Shown here piece after piece: positions 41,771 to 52,099 of a DNA stretch of 64,000 bases. The translations under genes were made by a program, and so were the position numbers. This DNA comes from Spirochaetota bacterium (lineage in GTDB: Bacteria; Spirochaetota; UBA4802; UBA5550): contig CAXXHB010000003.1 of the NCBI GenBank assembly GCA_963664815.2, positions 3,936,001 through 4,000,000 on the forward strand, in the 5' to 3' direction. The notes under the pieces are model-generated. The model did no database searches, had not been told where the DNA came from, and saw only the letters and a list, made by a program, of their open reading frames with translations. Numbering within the stretch: the first letter of the stretch is position 1; every line of letters starts with the position of its first letter.

Positions 41771-42784
41771 ATGATAGACCTGAGAAGCGATACTGTAACA
41801 AAACCTGGAAAGGCAATGATTGAAGCCATGATGAGTGCAGAGGTTGGCGATGATGTTTACAAAGAAGACCCAACTGTAAATAAACTGGAATATCAGGCTG
41901 CATCAATGTTTGGAATGGAGGCTGCACTGTTCTGCGCATCCGGAACAATGACAAACCAGATAGCAATAAATGTTCACACCAGGCCGGGTGATGAGGTAAT
42001 ATGCGATCGTCTTGCTCACATATATCTGTTTGAGGGTGGCTCTGTAGCAAGACTCTCCGGCTCTTCGGTAAACCTTCTTTCCGGCGACCGGGGAAGATTT
42101 ACCGCTGATGATGTTAAATGCGCAATAAATCCTGATGATATCCACAGAGCAAAGACATCTCTAATTGAAGTTGAAAACACGGTAAACAAGGGTGGCGGGG
42201 CCTGCTGGGATATAACTGAACTGACAAAAATATCCTCTCTATGCAGGGAAAACAATCTGTCATTTCATCTTGACGGTGCAAGAATCTTCAATGCACTCAC
42301 CGAAACAGGCGAACGACCTGAAGATTACGGCAGAATTTTTGACACGATATCTATTTGCCTGTCAAAAGGTCTCGGAGCACCGGTCGGTTCACTTCTTCTC
42401 GGTAAAAAAGATTTTATAAAGAAGGCCTTGAGAGTCCGAAAAGCAATCGGCGGGGGGATGAGGCAGGCCGGATACCTTGCCGCTGCAGGAATATACGCTC
42501 TTGACAATAACATTCAACTTTTAAAGGAAGACCACAGACGTGCCAGAGAGATGGGGAAAATTCTTGAAAAGATGCCTTATATTGATGAAGTATACCCTGT
42601 GCAGACAAATATCCTGATTTTCAAACTGAATGAAAAAATAAAAGATACGGATTTTATATTAAAACTCAACGAAAAAAAAATAAAAGCAAGTACATTCGGA
42701 CCTCAGACAATAAGATTTGTCACTCACCTGGATTTTACAGATGGCATGATGGATGAGGTTATCAGTTTTTTAACATCTTACTGA
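41771..42784 (+). CDS. ltaE: Low-specificity L-threonine aldolase
   Basis: IDLRSDTVT, VGDDVY, SGTMTNQ, HLDGAR, CLSKGLGAPVGS, GGGMRQAG. Confidence 0.93.
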   Translation: MIDLRSDTVTKPGKAMIEAMMSAEVGDDVYKEDPTVNKLEYQAASMFGMEAALFCASGTMTNQIAINVHTRPGDEVICDRLAHIYLFEGGSVARLSGSSVNLLSGDRGRFTADDVKCAINPDDIHRAKTSLIEVENTVNKGGGACWDITELTKISSLCRENNLSFHLDGARIFNALTETGERPEDYGRIFDTISICLSKGLGAPVGSLLLGKKDFIKKALRVRKAIGGGMRQAGYLAAAGIYALDNNIQLLKEDHRRAREMGKILEKMPYIDEVYPVQTNILIFKLNEKIKDTDFILKLNEKKIKASTFGPQTIRFVTHLDFTDGMMDEVISFLTSY

Positions 42785-42964
42785 TTCTTCATATATGAAT
42801 CCCGTTATGAATCCCGTGTCAGTGGCAGATTTGCTATGTATATAAATATTCATAGCAAATCCTGATGTATCATTAAACCACCTCAACCTTCTAAATTTCA
42901 TCTTCTTCAGGTTTTAATATAGTCGACTGGATTAATGAGTTAATGAATTATTACTGAAAAAGGA

Positions 42965-43003
42965 TTGACAATTATAGACATTTATTGTACTAACCAGTCA
43001 GTA
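42965..43003 (+). promoter_or_regulatory. Sigma70 promoter with overlapping TetR-type operator
   Basis: TTGACA-N17-TACTAA; imperfect palindrome TACTAACCAGTCAGTA (42988-43003, 12/16) just upstream of tetR. Confidence 0.6.
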
Positions 43004-43020
43004 TTTTAATCGGGAAAGAA

Positions 43021-43614
43021 ATGAATACCAAAACAAAAAGCGAGCAAACCAGAGAGAAAGTTATTTTAGCCAGTCTTGAACTTATAAACCGGCAGGGATA
43101 TACCGCAACATCCATGGACGATATCACCCGGGAGACTGGTGTAAAAAAGGGGAATCTCTACTTCCATTTTTCAAGCAAGGAGGAGCTTACTATCCAGCTC
43201 CTGACCTATGCCAGAGAGGATTTCCTTTCATATCTTAAATCTCATATCACTGATACCAGCCCTCTTGAAAATTTAAAGAATATAATCGAAGCAGACTACA
43301 GACTGCACAGAAAGAAACATTTTGTCGGAGGATGCATATTCGGCAATATAGCACTTGAGATGGCGGATACAAATACCAGATTATCAGCGTTTGTACAGGA
43401 TGTCCTTGATGACTGGATCTCTCTCGTTCTTGATCTGCTTAACCAGGCAATAAAAGCCGGTGAATTGAAAATCAGATGCGACCCGGAATCAATGGCTCGC
43501 CATATTGTCGCTTCTCTCGAAGGGGGAGTGATGTTTTCACGTATGAGTAAAAACGGAAAAGAATTGAGAGACTGCATAAACGCAATATATTCCATACTTG
43601 GAATTAACACCTGA
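43021..43614 (+). CDS. TetR/AcrR-family regulator (NemR-like)
   Basis: GYTATSMDDI...KGNLYFHFSSKEEL HTH; GGCIFGN motif. Confidence 0.92.
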   Translation: MNTKTKSEQTREKVILASLELINRQGYTATSMDDITRETGVKKGNLYFHFSSKEELTIQLLTYAREDFLSYLKSHITDTSPLENLKNIIEADYRLHRKKHFVGGCIFGNIALEMADTNTRLSAFVQDVLDDWISLVLDLLNQAIKAGELKIRCDPESMARHIVASLEGGVMFSRMSKNGKELRDCINAIYSILGINT

Positions 43615-43658
43615 AATAATTTATTATAAATAAGTGAACTAAAAACGGGAGGAGAATT

Positions 43659-44738
43659 ATGGCAGGAGATATTTATATAAAGCTTCGTGAAAGGATTGAT
43701 ACCTATTCAGTAGGTTTAAGTCCTGCGGACTCGGGGGATGAGATAAAAATTCTCATGCAGCTGTTCAGCGAAGATGAGGCGAAGATCTATCTTGGTATGA
43801 CCAGGAGCCTTGAATCTGCAAAAACCATTGCTTCCAGGCTCAATATGGACGCAGACACTATTAAGATACATCTTGATGAAATGACAGAAAAAGGTCTGAC
43901 ATTTCCTAAAACCAGGGATGGTATCAGATACTATGCGGCTGCACCATTTATGCACGGATTTTTTGAGCACCAGGTTTTCAGAAAAAAGAAAGACCCTGCT
44001 ATTGCCCCGCTTTTCGAGAAATATATAATGAACGGTTTCACTCCCAGGAAAGCATCCATGAGGTCTATTCCGGTTATGAGGGAGATTAAGGCAAATGATA
44101 TTGTACTGCCTTTCGATGATGTCAGGGAGATAATCCAGTCGAAAGACAGAATAGGGCTTGTCGGCTGTGCATGTAATTTTCAGGCATCCCAGGTAGGGCT
44201 TGCATGTCCCAGACCGGCTGAAGTATGCCTTGCATTCGACTTTTATGCAGAATACCTGATAGAAGAAATGAAATTCGGAAGATGGATAACACGGGAAGAG
44301 GCCATGAAAGTCCTTGAGGACTCCGAGAAAGCCGGTCTTATTCACCAGACAGCGGGAAATCTTCAAAGTACCGAAGCTTTATGCAACTGCTGCCCTGACT
44401 GCTGTACGGCTATGCGAATGCTGAAAAACCATCCGAAACCGGGGAAAGTCAAATCGACAAATTACAGACTCGAGCAGAATTCATCTGAATGCACGCTATG
44501 TGCTGCATGTATCGATAGATGCCCCATGAAAGCTCTTACTCTTGATAATGATAAAATTATTCTGAACAGGGACCGCTGCATCGGATGCGGACTCTGCGCA
44601 ACTACATGTGCATCAAAAGCCCTTACTCTTGTCAGGAAACCTGATTCTGAAATAAAGGTTCCATCTGAAAAATATGATTTCCTCCGTTCCACAAAAGTTC
44701 TGATGGAGGAACTTGAAATTGAGTCCAAACGCAATTAA
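43659..44738 (+). CDS. 4Fe-4S dicluster-binding protein with N-terminal HTH-like domain
   Basis: CAC...C...C and CNCCPDCC clusters plus two CxxCxxCxxxC ferredoxin motifs; family typical of anaerobes. Confidence 0.85.
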   Translation: MAGDIYIKLRERIDTYSVGLSPADSGDEIKILMQLFSEDEAKIYLGMTRSLESAKTIASRLNMDADTIKIHLDEMTEKGLTFPKTRDGIRYYAAAPFMHGFFEHQVFRKKKDPAIAPLFEKYIMNGFTPRKASMRSIPVMREIKANDIVLPFDDVREIIQSKDRIGLVGCACNFQASQVGLACPRPAEVCLAFDFYAEYLIEEMKFGRWITREEAMKVLEDSEKAGLIHQTAGNLQSTEALCNCCPDCCTAMRMLKNHPKPGKVKSTNYRLEQNSSECTLCAACIDRCPMKALTLDNDKIILNRDRCIGCGLCATTCASKALTLVRKPDSEIKVPSEKYDFLRSTKVLMEELEIESKRN

Positions 44739-44842
44739 CTTCCTCATGTATGCGCAGCTGTTTACAAAGAAGAACAGCTGCGCATAACTTTTTTAATGCA
44801 GTCATCCAGGCGGATACTAAATATATTTTGAGGAATCAAACA

Positions 44843-47083
44843 ATGAGCGAAATTACAGAAAAAACCGTTTTCAGGACATGCCCTCTGTGTGAGGCCACTT
44901 GCGGTCTTGCAATCACCATTTCAGGGAACAGGGTAACGGGTATCCGCGGCGACCGCGATGATGTTTTCAGCCATGGGTATATATGTCCGAAAGGAGCTGC
45001 ACTGGGCCATTTGCATGATGATCCTGACCGTCTGCGCAAACCTTTAGTACGTCATGGCAGTACATGGAGTGAAGTTTCATGGGAAACAGCTTTCAAAGAA
45101 GTGGAAAAAGGATTATCAGACGTTACAAAACATTATGGTCATAATGCCCTGGCGGTGTATATGGGCAACCCATGTACACATACAATCGCAAGTATTGCAA
45201 TCCCCCCTTTACTGAAATCTATAAAAAGTAAAAACACCTACTCATCATCTTCAGTGGATCAGCTACCGAAACAGATGATCTGCGGGCTGATGTATGGCAA
45301 CCCGAATACCATACCGATACCTGACATCGACAGGACTTCTTATTTACTTGTAATTGGCGCAAACCCTCTGGCATCAAACGGCAGTTTGTGTACTGCTCCG
45401 GATTTTCCCGGTCGTCTCCGCGCGATCAGGGATAGAGGAGGGAAAATTGTCGTTATCGATCCTAAAAGAACTCCTACTGCGGCTATTGCCGATGAACACC
45501 ACTTCATACGTCCTGGTACAGATGCCCTTCTTATCTTTGCAATGATAAAAACCCTGTTTGACCACAACCGTGTTGATACGGGTAATCTTTCCCGGTACAT
45601 TAATGACCTGGACAGGATTAAAGAACTATCAATGCAATTTTCAACGGAAAAAGTGGCTCCTCTCTGCGGCATACCCGCGGAGGAGGTAAAGCGCGTGGCC
45701 ATTGAATTTTCAGATGCAGATAAAGCCGTTGCTTACGGCCGTATGGGTGCTAGTACGGTAATTTTCGGAGGTCTCACAAACTGGCTGGTGGAAGTCCTTA
45801 ACATTCTTACAGGAAATCTGGACAGGCCGGGGGGTGCAATGTTTACAACCCCGGCACATCTCCCTGAAAAAAAAATCCCCGGAGGCAGAGGGTTTAAGAC
45901 CGGAAGATGGAAAAGCAGAATAAACGGATATCCGGAGGTTCTCGGCGAACTCCCGGCAGCCGCACTTGCAACCGAGATTGAAACATCAGGGGAGGATCAG
46001 ATTCGTTCTTTGATCTGCATTACGGCCAATCCGGCCATATCCAACCCGAACAGTCATCGCCTTGACAAAGCACTTGGCACACTGGATTTCATGGTATCAG
46101 TTGATTTTTACCTCAACGAGACCAGCAGGCATGCCCATGTGATTCTTCCCCCGACAACACACCTTTCACAGGGGCATTACGATTTTACATTCAATCTCTT
46201 TTCGGTACGCAATATAGCTAAATATTCACCACCGGTTATACCCATTGAACCGGGAGAGATGAGTTTCTGGGAGATTATCACAAGAATGACAATGATAACA
46301 TCCGGCATGGGTTCTTCGGCAGATCCGGCTTTACTTGAGGAAAATATAATCCGCCAGATGATAGAATCGGATAAAAATTCAGAGAAAGGCATTAATTCAA
46401 CTAAAACAGCTGATGAAATAATTGCTGACCTTAAACCTCTTACCGGCGCCGAGCGGATTCTGGACTACCTTCTCAGAACCGGTTATTATGGATGCGGATT
46501 TAACGGAAACAGTGATGGTTTGTCTTTTCAGAAACTGCTTGAAAAACCGCACGGAATTGACCTCGGCCCTCTCATTCCAAGGCTTCCGGAGATTCTCAAT
46601 ACACCATCCGCAAAGATAGAGCTGGCTCCTTCAGTAATAATCGAAGACATACCCCGGCTTGTTTCTTCAATGAAAAATCCTCATTCAGATAATTTCCAGC
46701 TTATAGGGCGGAGAGATCTCCGGTCAAATAATTCATGGATGCACAACATCCCGGTGCTTGTCTCCGGCAAATCGCGCTGTACACTTCAGATTCATACTGA
46801 CGATGCCGTAAAACTCGGTACTGTCACAGGAGACAATGTCATTATCAGAAACCATATCGGATCATTGACCGCCACAGTGGAGACAACAGCAGATATAATG
46901 CCGGGTGTAGTCTCCCTGCCTCACGGATGGGGACATGACATCCCCGGAATTAATATGCATGTGGCACAGACAAATCCCGGCATCAACAGTAATATACTTG
47001 CGGATGAAAACAGTTTCGACCTTTTGTCCGGCAACTCTGTTCTTAACGGAATTCCGGTGGAGATTCTCAAAACTGCTGAATGA
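44843..47083 (+). CDS. Molybdopterin-dependent oxidoreductase (DMSO reductase superfamily, uncharacterised subgroup)
   Basis: CPLCEATCG...CPKG Fe-S motif, IGANPLASNG, RPGTD, RSNNSWMHN, PHGWG; ATG 44843 with GAGGA RBS; no Tat signal. Confidence 0.9.
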   Translation: MSEITEKTVFRTCPLCEATCGLAITISGNRVTGIRGDRDDVFSHGYICPKGAALGHLHDDPDRLRKPLVRHGSTWSEVSWETAFKEVEKGLSDVTKHYGHNALAVYMGNPCTHTIASIAIPPLLKSIKSKNTYSSSSVDQLPKQMICGLMYGNPNTIPIPDIDRTSYLLVIGANPLASNGSLCTAPDFPGRLRAIRDRGGKIVVIDPKRTPTAAIADEHHFIRPGTDALLIFAMIKTLFDHNRVDTGNLSRYINDLDRIKELSMQFSTEKVAPLCGIPAEEVKRVAIEFSDADKAVAYGRMGASTVIFGGLTNWLVEVLNILTGNLDRPGGAMFTTPAHLPEKKIPGGRGFKTGRWKSRINGYPEVLGELPAAALATEIETSGEDQIRSLICITANPAISNPNSHRLDKALGTLDFMVSVDFYLNETSRHAHVILPPTTHLSQGHYDFTFNLFSVRNIAKYSPPVIPIEPGEMSFWEIITRMTMITSGMGSSADPALLEENIIRQMIESDKNSEKGINSTKTADEIIADLKPLTGAERILDYLLRTGYYGCGFNGNSDGLSFQKLLEKPHGIDLGPLIPRLPEILNTPSAKIELAPSVIIEDIPRLVSSMKNPHSDNFQLIGRRDLRSNNSWMHNIPVLVSGKSRCTLQIHTDDAVKLGTVTGDNVIIRNHIGSLTATVETTADIMPGVVSLPHGWGHDIPGINMHVAQTNPGINSNILADENSFDLLSGNSVLNGIPVEILKTAE

Positions 47084-47185
47084 GTTTGCCTTCAGAACTG
47101 GAAAATAATTAAAAAAGAATTAAGTGAATTCCCGGGATTCAGCCTTAATTCTTTTGCCAAGGAAAAATACTTTACATTACAAAAT

Positions 47186-47213
47186 GGACTGGTTTATCTG
47201 AATAAACCAGTCC
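47186..47213. terminator. Terminator between convergent genes
   Basis: GGACTGGTTTAT-ctga-ATAAACCAGTCC perfect 12-bp stem; a second stem at about 47115-47155. Confidence 0.7.
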
Positions 47214-47232
47214 GATTAATGCAGATAATATA

Positions 47233-47712
47233 TTATCTCAGACTGATAACTCCAAGTATCAGGGCGATAACGCCCATTGCTATGGAGATTATACTTATAA
47301 CAGCGGTTGTTCTCATCATGGAATCCGGCGAATTATATAACGCCTTTATTTTTTTAAACGGATTAACTGTCTTCCTTATTTCAAGTTCAATATTTTCAAG
47401 ATCATTGTCGGCAATCCCGAGTTTAACCCTGTAATATTTGCAAAGTACAACAGACAGGCGGTCATCTCCGATTAAAAGTTCAGTATTGCCGAATCTTTTT
47501 TCGGTAACAGAATTATAGAAAGTTTTATAGTAACTGTCAATAAACCTTAACCATACATATATGCTTCGTTTCTTTCTTTTTCCGCTTCTGAAAGTTATAC
47601 GGACAAAATCATTAAACTTCAATTCAGGGAGAGGTGTTATATATACATCATGGTCCCTGTAAAGTTCAGATAGCTGCCTCTTGACATGAAAAGTTTTCTT
47701 TATTTTCAACAT
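47233..47712 (-). CDS. Hypothetical basic protein with C-terminal TM anchor
   Basis: 159-aa AT-rich ORF filling the gap; hydrophobic C-terminal helix. Confidence 0.6.
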   Translation of the reverse strand: MLKIKKTFHVKRQLSELYRDHDVYITPLPELKFNDFVRITFRSGKRKKRSIYVWLRFIDSYYKTFYNSVTEKRFGNTELLIGDDRLSVVLCKYYRVKLGIADNDLENIELEIRKTVNPFKKIKALYNSPDSMMRTTAVISIISIAMGVIALILGVISLR

Positions 47713-47779
47713 TTTACCTTTATCACTTACCCTGGCTTATTTATTTTTATAAATATTTTTCAAAATACTTGTTCTCTGC

Positions 47780-47803
47780 GATTCCCGCCTTCGCGGGAAT
47801 GAC
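47780..47803. repeat. REP-like palindrome of the dRS3/CGTC-REP type
   Basis: GATTCCCGCCTTCGCGGGAATGAC = ATTCCC-N8-GGGAAT core plus GAC tail. Confidence 0.75.
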
Positions 47804-47852
47804 AATGAATGTACTGATTCAATCGTTAACTGCTATAATGTAAATTTTAAAA

Positions 47853-49028
47853 TTACTCCACATGAAGAAGAAGGCCCTTCAGGTACTCCCCTTCCGGATG
47901 GTATATACTGAATGGATGATCTTTCCCCTGCGAAAGCTGTGCAAATACTCTTACATTTCGTCCGGAATCTGCTGCAGCGGAAAATACAATCTTGCGGAAA
48001 AGATCAGATGTAACATGATGTGAGCATGAAAATGTAAAGATAAGCGAATCTTTCCTGATCTTTTTCATTGAGCTTAAATTTATATCTTTGTATCCACGTG
48101 CTCCCCGTTCAACTCCCTTTGACGATTTTACGAATGCAGGAGGATCAAGCACAATTAGGTCGTAATAGTTTTCCTCCATGTTCCTGAGGTATTCAAAACA
48201 ATCTGCTTTTATTGATTTATGATTTTCATTACAGAAAGAGTTGATTTTAATATTACCGGTTGTCATGTCAACGGCATCCGACGAAATATCAACGCTGTGA
48301 ATAAGTTCCGCACCCCCCGCCATGGCGTATATTGAAAAACCTCCAGTATAACAGAAAGCATTCAGAACTCTTCTCCCGGATGAAAGATGTCGCAACAAAT
48401 CACGGTTCTCACGCTGATCGAGAAAAAAACCTGTCTTCTGGCCATGTTCAAAATCAATAATAAACCTGAGTCCGTTCTCCTTTACTTCAACTGTCGGTGC
48501 GCTCCCTCCGCGTATAAAACCGAACGGGATGTCAACCATTTCAACTTCGTTAGCTCCTGGATTTTTTACACATATATTTTCATAACCGAGATTTACTAGA
48601 GAATCAGCTATTATATCAAGTATAATCTCCACACCCTTAACAAATATCTGAAGCACGGTTACATCGCCATAGATATCTGCAACCAGTCCGGGGAAAAAAT
48701 CACCCTCAGCGTTAATAAGCCGGTAGCAGTTTGTATCATCTTTTATAAACCTTTTTCTCAGCATCGCTGCTTTTTTTATCTTCTCATTAAAATAATCCCG
48801 ACCGAAGTTTTCTGTTTTCATTTCGGAAAATTCAAACATGCGGCAGATAATCTGGCTGCCAGGTGAAAAAAAACCGTAACCAAGCACCCGGTTATTAAAA
48901 GAGATCACTTCAACAATCTCGCCATTTTCGTAATCAGGAATATACATCAGGGCCCCGGAGAAAATCCATGGATGCCTGTTGAGGAGAGATCTCTCCCTCC
49001 CATTTTTTATTTTAATCTGTCTGTACAT
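47853..49028 (-). CDS. rlmI: RlmI-like 23S rRNA m5C1962 SAM methyltransferase
   Basis: HPWIFSG PUA domain, GQKTGFFLDQR, VLNAFCYTGGF, LDPPAF, FSCS, EGEYLKG. Confidence 0.85.
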   Translation of the reverse strand: MYRQIKIKNGRERSLLNRHPWIFSGALMYIPDYENGEIVEVISFNNRVLGYGFFSPGSQIICRMFEFSEMKTENFGRDYFNEKIKKAAMLRKRFIKDDTNCYRLINAEGDFFPGLVADIYGDVTVLQIFVKGVEIILDIIADSLVNLGYENICVKNPGANEVEMVDIPFGFIRGGSAPTVEVKENGLRFIIDFEHGQKTGFFLDQRENRDLLRHLSSGRRVLNAFCYTGGFSIYAMAGGAELIHSVDISSDAVDMTTGNIKINSFCNENHKSIKADCFEYLRNMEENYYDLIVLDPPAFVKSSKGVERGARGYKDINLSSMKKIRKDSLIFTFSCSHHVTSDLFRKIVFSAAADSGRNVRVFAQLSQGKDHPFSIYHPEGEYLKGLLLHVE

Positions 49029-49031
49029 CTG

Positions 49032-49904
49032 TTAAAGCCTTATTTTTTTAAAAAGCCATGGCGCGCCGGCAAAAACCCAGATACTTAATATCCAGGAATG
49101 GATAAATACCGATATTAGATAGAATGAAGAATCTTTACTGAATAAAAACTTTTCCGCTGAAAAAAGCAATAAGAGTAAAACTCCGCCTGCAATATATCTT
49201 AGTATGCCATTTCTCAGACCAGAAGACTTGCTGAAATTTATATATCTTCTTTCAATCATAATTCCGGCGCAGAAGCCCGAAAGCGCCCCCATTGACATCA
49301 CCGATGTCTTCGAAGCCATTATAAATGATAATACTGCAGGAATAATTACCGACGCAGCGGCCATCATTAAAGCATTCATCCCCGGCAGAAAACTCTCAAT
49401 TCTGTCAAATAACGGCCACATAACAATAAGAATAACAGCAGCGATAAGCCACCCTGCGAATATATCCGTCGGGAAATGCACGCCAAGATATATTCTGGAA
49501 AATGCAATAATCAATATGATAAAAACCGCCAGATACGAAAAGACCCTGTTTTTCAGCCATAACGAAACTGAACCCCAAACAACAAAAGACTGCTGTGCAT
49601 GTCCGCTGGGAAGACCTGGCCCCCCTGTTTTGCCGATTTTTACTGTTTCATTAAGGCTGTAGGGGCGGGGATGATTAAACAGATCCTTCAGTATTGTATT
49701 AAACCAGCTTGAAATTATAAATAGGAAGAATATTCTTGCCGCATACTTTTTATCAAAGCACCAGTAGAGTACGGGCAGAAAAAGCAGATAAAAAACCATT
49801 GTTCCGAAAAACGAAATAATTGTAAAAAAAGAATCAAAGAACGGGGACCTGATTGTCTGAACAGATATTATTACATCTATCCCCCACTGCCACATATGTT
49901 CCAT
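49032..49904 (-). CDS. PAP2-family membrane phosphatase
   Basis: KxxxxxxRP, PSGHA, SRIYLGVHFPTD motifs. Confidence 0.9.
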   Translation of the reverse strand: MEHMWQWGIDVIISVQTIRSPFFDSFFTIISFFGTMVFYLLFLPVLYWCFDKKYAARIFFLFIISSWFNTILKDLFNHPRPYSLNETVKIGKTGGPGLPSGHAQQSFVVWGSVSLWLKNRVFSYLAVFIILIIAFSRIYLGVHFPTDIFAGWLIAAVILIVMWPLFDRIESFLPGMNALMMAAASVIIPAVLSFIMASKTSVMSMGALSGFCAGIMIERRYINFSKSSGLRNGILRYIAGGVLLLLLFSAEKFLFSKDSSFYLISVFIHSWILSIWVFAGAPWLFKKIRL

Positions 49905-50140
49905 AGGTTTCTCCCGAACCGGATACTGTTATCCGGTAATGCAATTACAGTTTTTATGCAATTCTCTTAATTTACAATAAGAATTATTTCGCTGCAATAA
50001 TATATCTGTCAGAAAAACAGGAATAAGCAGAATTACACTGTCTCTAGCAGAAGATATAATTACTGTATGGTCAAGCCTGAATTTTAAAATATAAATCATT
50101 AAAACAATTCAACGTTAATTCCTGAACTTTTTTAACAGCT

Positions 50141-50175
50141 AAAAAAGGCAGGCCCCCGAAAAGGAACCTGCCTTT
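50141..50175 (-). terminator. Rho-independent terminator of acyl-CoA dehydrogenase copy 2
   Basis: AAAGGCAGG...CCTGCCTTT stem with a U-tract on the minus strand. Confidence 0.75.
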
Positions 50176-50230
50176 ATAAAAACCAGTAGGCTTCAGCCCC
50201 CTGGTAAAAGTTCAATCAGCTTAAATAATC

Positions 50231-52099
50231 TTATTCAGCAAGTGTGCCTGTAAAGATAGCATCAGTTGCTTTAACAACCGCGCCTTCATTAAACTTGATA
50301 GACTCAAATCTTCCGAAAACTTTAAGGAGTTCGCTTCCAAGGTAGTACTGTCCGGAGAGAACTTTACCTGTATAGAATGCAGCTTCAGCGTTATCAGCAA
50401 GTAATTTATCTCTTTCAGGTCCTTTAAGGTCGCCAACAAGTGCTTTCATCTTTGGCATAGCAACAGTCATACTCCATACATGACACCATGCAAGAGCAAC
50501 CATGTACATTGCATCAAGAAGAGGAGTTGCATGCATAAATATATTAAGGAACTGCCCTTTTGCCATCATTCCTTTAAGGAATTCAATAACTTCATCAAGT
50601 TCTTTTATAGCCCTTGTAAGGATATCAAGATATTTGTCCTCAACAATACCCTTAGCCTTGGCAATTGTTCCTTCCATTCTTGATTTCAATACTGTGTAGT
50701 TATACTGATTCTTATTCATGAGAATTTTTCTCATCATAAGGTCCATCGCCTGGATTCCATTTGTTCCTTCATAGATAGCAAGGATCTTGGAGTCGCTCAT
50801 GTATCTTGCAACAGGATAGTCTCTGCAGTATCCGTACCCGCCATATACCTGCATCGCCATTGAAGTTATTTCAACGCCTCTATCTGTACAGCCGGCTTTA
50901 CAGATAGGTACAAGGATTTCAAGCATTGCATCAGCTTCTTTCTTAACAACCGGATCAGGATCAAGCGCAAGGTCTTTCTGCATAAAGAGGTAATCGATGA
51001 GTATTCTCTGTCCTTCAAGGTGTGATTTCATCCAGAGCAGCATTCTCTTAACATCGGGGTGCTTGCTGATTGATACAAGAGGAGCATCAGGATTCAACAT
51101 CTGTGTTACATCAACACCCTGAAGCCTGTTCTTAGAGTATGTTACAGCGTGCATATATGCAGCCGAAGCATTTGACTGTCCCTGAAGAGCAACACCATAA
51201 CGGGCATAGTTCATCATCATGAACATGATTTTCATACCCTGACGCTCTTCGCCAAGAAGTTCCCCTATACAGTTTCCGTTGTCTCCGAAAGAGAGCTGTG
51301 ATGTGGCCTGTCCGTGGAGGCCCATTTTATGTTCAATACCTGTACAAGTTACATCATTAAATTCGCCTTTGGTTCCATCAGGATTAACTCGGAATTTGGG
51401 AACGATGAAAATTGATATACCCTTTGTCCCTTTGGGGTCACCTTCTATTCTCGCGAGAACTGGGTGAACCATATTGTCAAAATAATCATTTTCACCTGAG
51501 GAGATGAATATTTTCTGGCCTGTTATTTTGTATGTGCCATCAGGCTGTTTTACAGCTTTGGCTTTAAGGTTACCAACATCAGAACCAGCATCAGGTTCTG
51601 TAAGACACATCGTTCCGCCCCACTCCCCTGTCATAATTTTTTCAGCATATAGCTTCTTCTGTCGTTCTGTACCGAATGAAAAGTAAAGCTCCATAGCTCC
51701 ATGAGATAGTCCTGCATACATATTAAGACTATAGTTAGCGGCAATAATAAACTCCGCTGCACCTGCCATCACAGCATTGGGCATCCCCATCCCGCCATGT
51801 TCAACACTGTCGCTTATCCCGTGAAAACCTGCTTCATAATAAGCATCGAGTGCGGGATGAAAGCATGCTGGAATTTTAACCCCTTTTGTGACCGGATCCC
51901 ATTTTGCTCCATTCTTGTCGCCTTCGTCAGCAGTAGGATAAATAACGTCAACAGCAAGCTGCTCGGCAAGGTCAATTGTAGCATCAAAGGTATCTTTGTC
52001 AAAATCAGCATATTCCGGATACTTTGTAAGCTTTTCGATTTCGAACATCTCAAATAAAACAAATTTTACGTCCCTTGTATCAACCAACGGATTAAGCAT
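50231..52099 (-). CDS. Acyl-CoA dehydrogenase, copy 2
   Basis: Same motifs and same 622-aa length as copy 1 when started at ATG 52099 (GGGAGG RBS). Confidence 0.93.
   Translation of the reverse strand: MLNPLVDTRDVKFVLFEMFEIEKLTKYPEYADFDKDTFDATIDLAEQLAVDVIYPTADEGDKNGAKWDPVTKGVKIPACFHPALDAYYEAGFHGISDSVEHGGMGMPNAVMAGAAEFIIAANYSLNMYAGLSHGAMELYFSFGTERQKKLYAEKIMTGEWGGTMCLTEPDAGSDVGNLKAKAVKQPDGTYKITGQKIFISSGENDYFDNMVHPVLARIEGDPKGTKGISIFIVPKFRVNPDGTKGEFNDVTCTGIEHKMGLHGQATSQLSFGDNGNCIGELLGEERQGMKIMFMMMNYARYGVALQGQSNASAAYMHAVTYSKNRLQGVDVTQMLNPDAPLVSISKHPDVKRMLLWMKSHLEGQRILIDYLFMQKDLALDPDPVVKKEADAMLEILVPICKAGCTDRGVEITSMAMQVYGGYGYCRDYPVARYMSDSKILAIYEGTNGIQAMDLMMRKILMNKNQYNYTVLKSRMEGTIAKAKGIVEDKYLDILTRAIKELDEVIEFLKGMMAKGQFLNIFMHATPLLDAMYMVALAWCHVWSMTVAMPKMKALVGDLKGPERDKLLADNAEAAFYTGKVLSGQYYLGSELLKVFGRFESIKFNEGAVVKATDAIFTGTLAE

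Noticed and set aside
42795-42818. Short tandem ATGAATCCCGT duplication after ltaE
   Set aside because: Only two copies with no supporting context; compatible with slippage.
50231-52099. Acyl-CoA dehydrogenase pair as assembly duplication or DGR
   Set aside because: Many synonymous and conservative differences throughout and different flanks indicate true paralogues.
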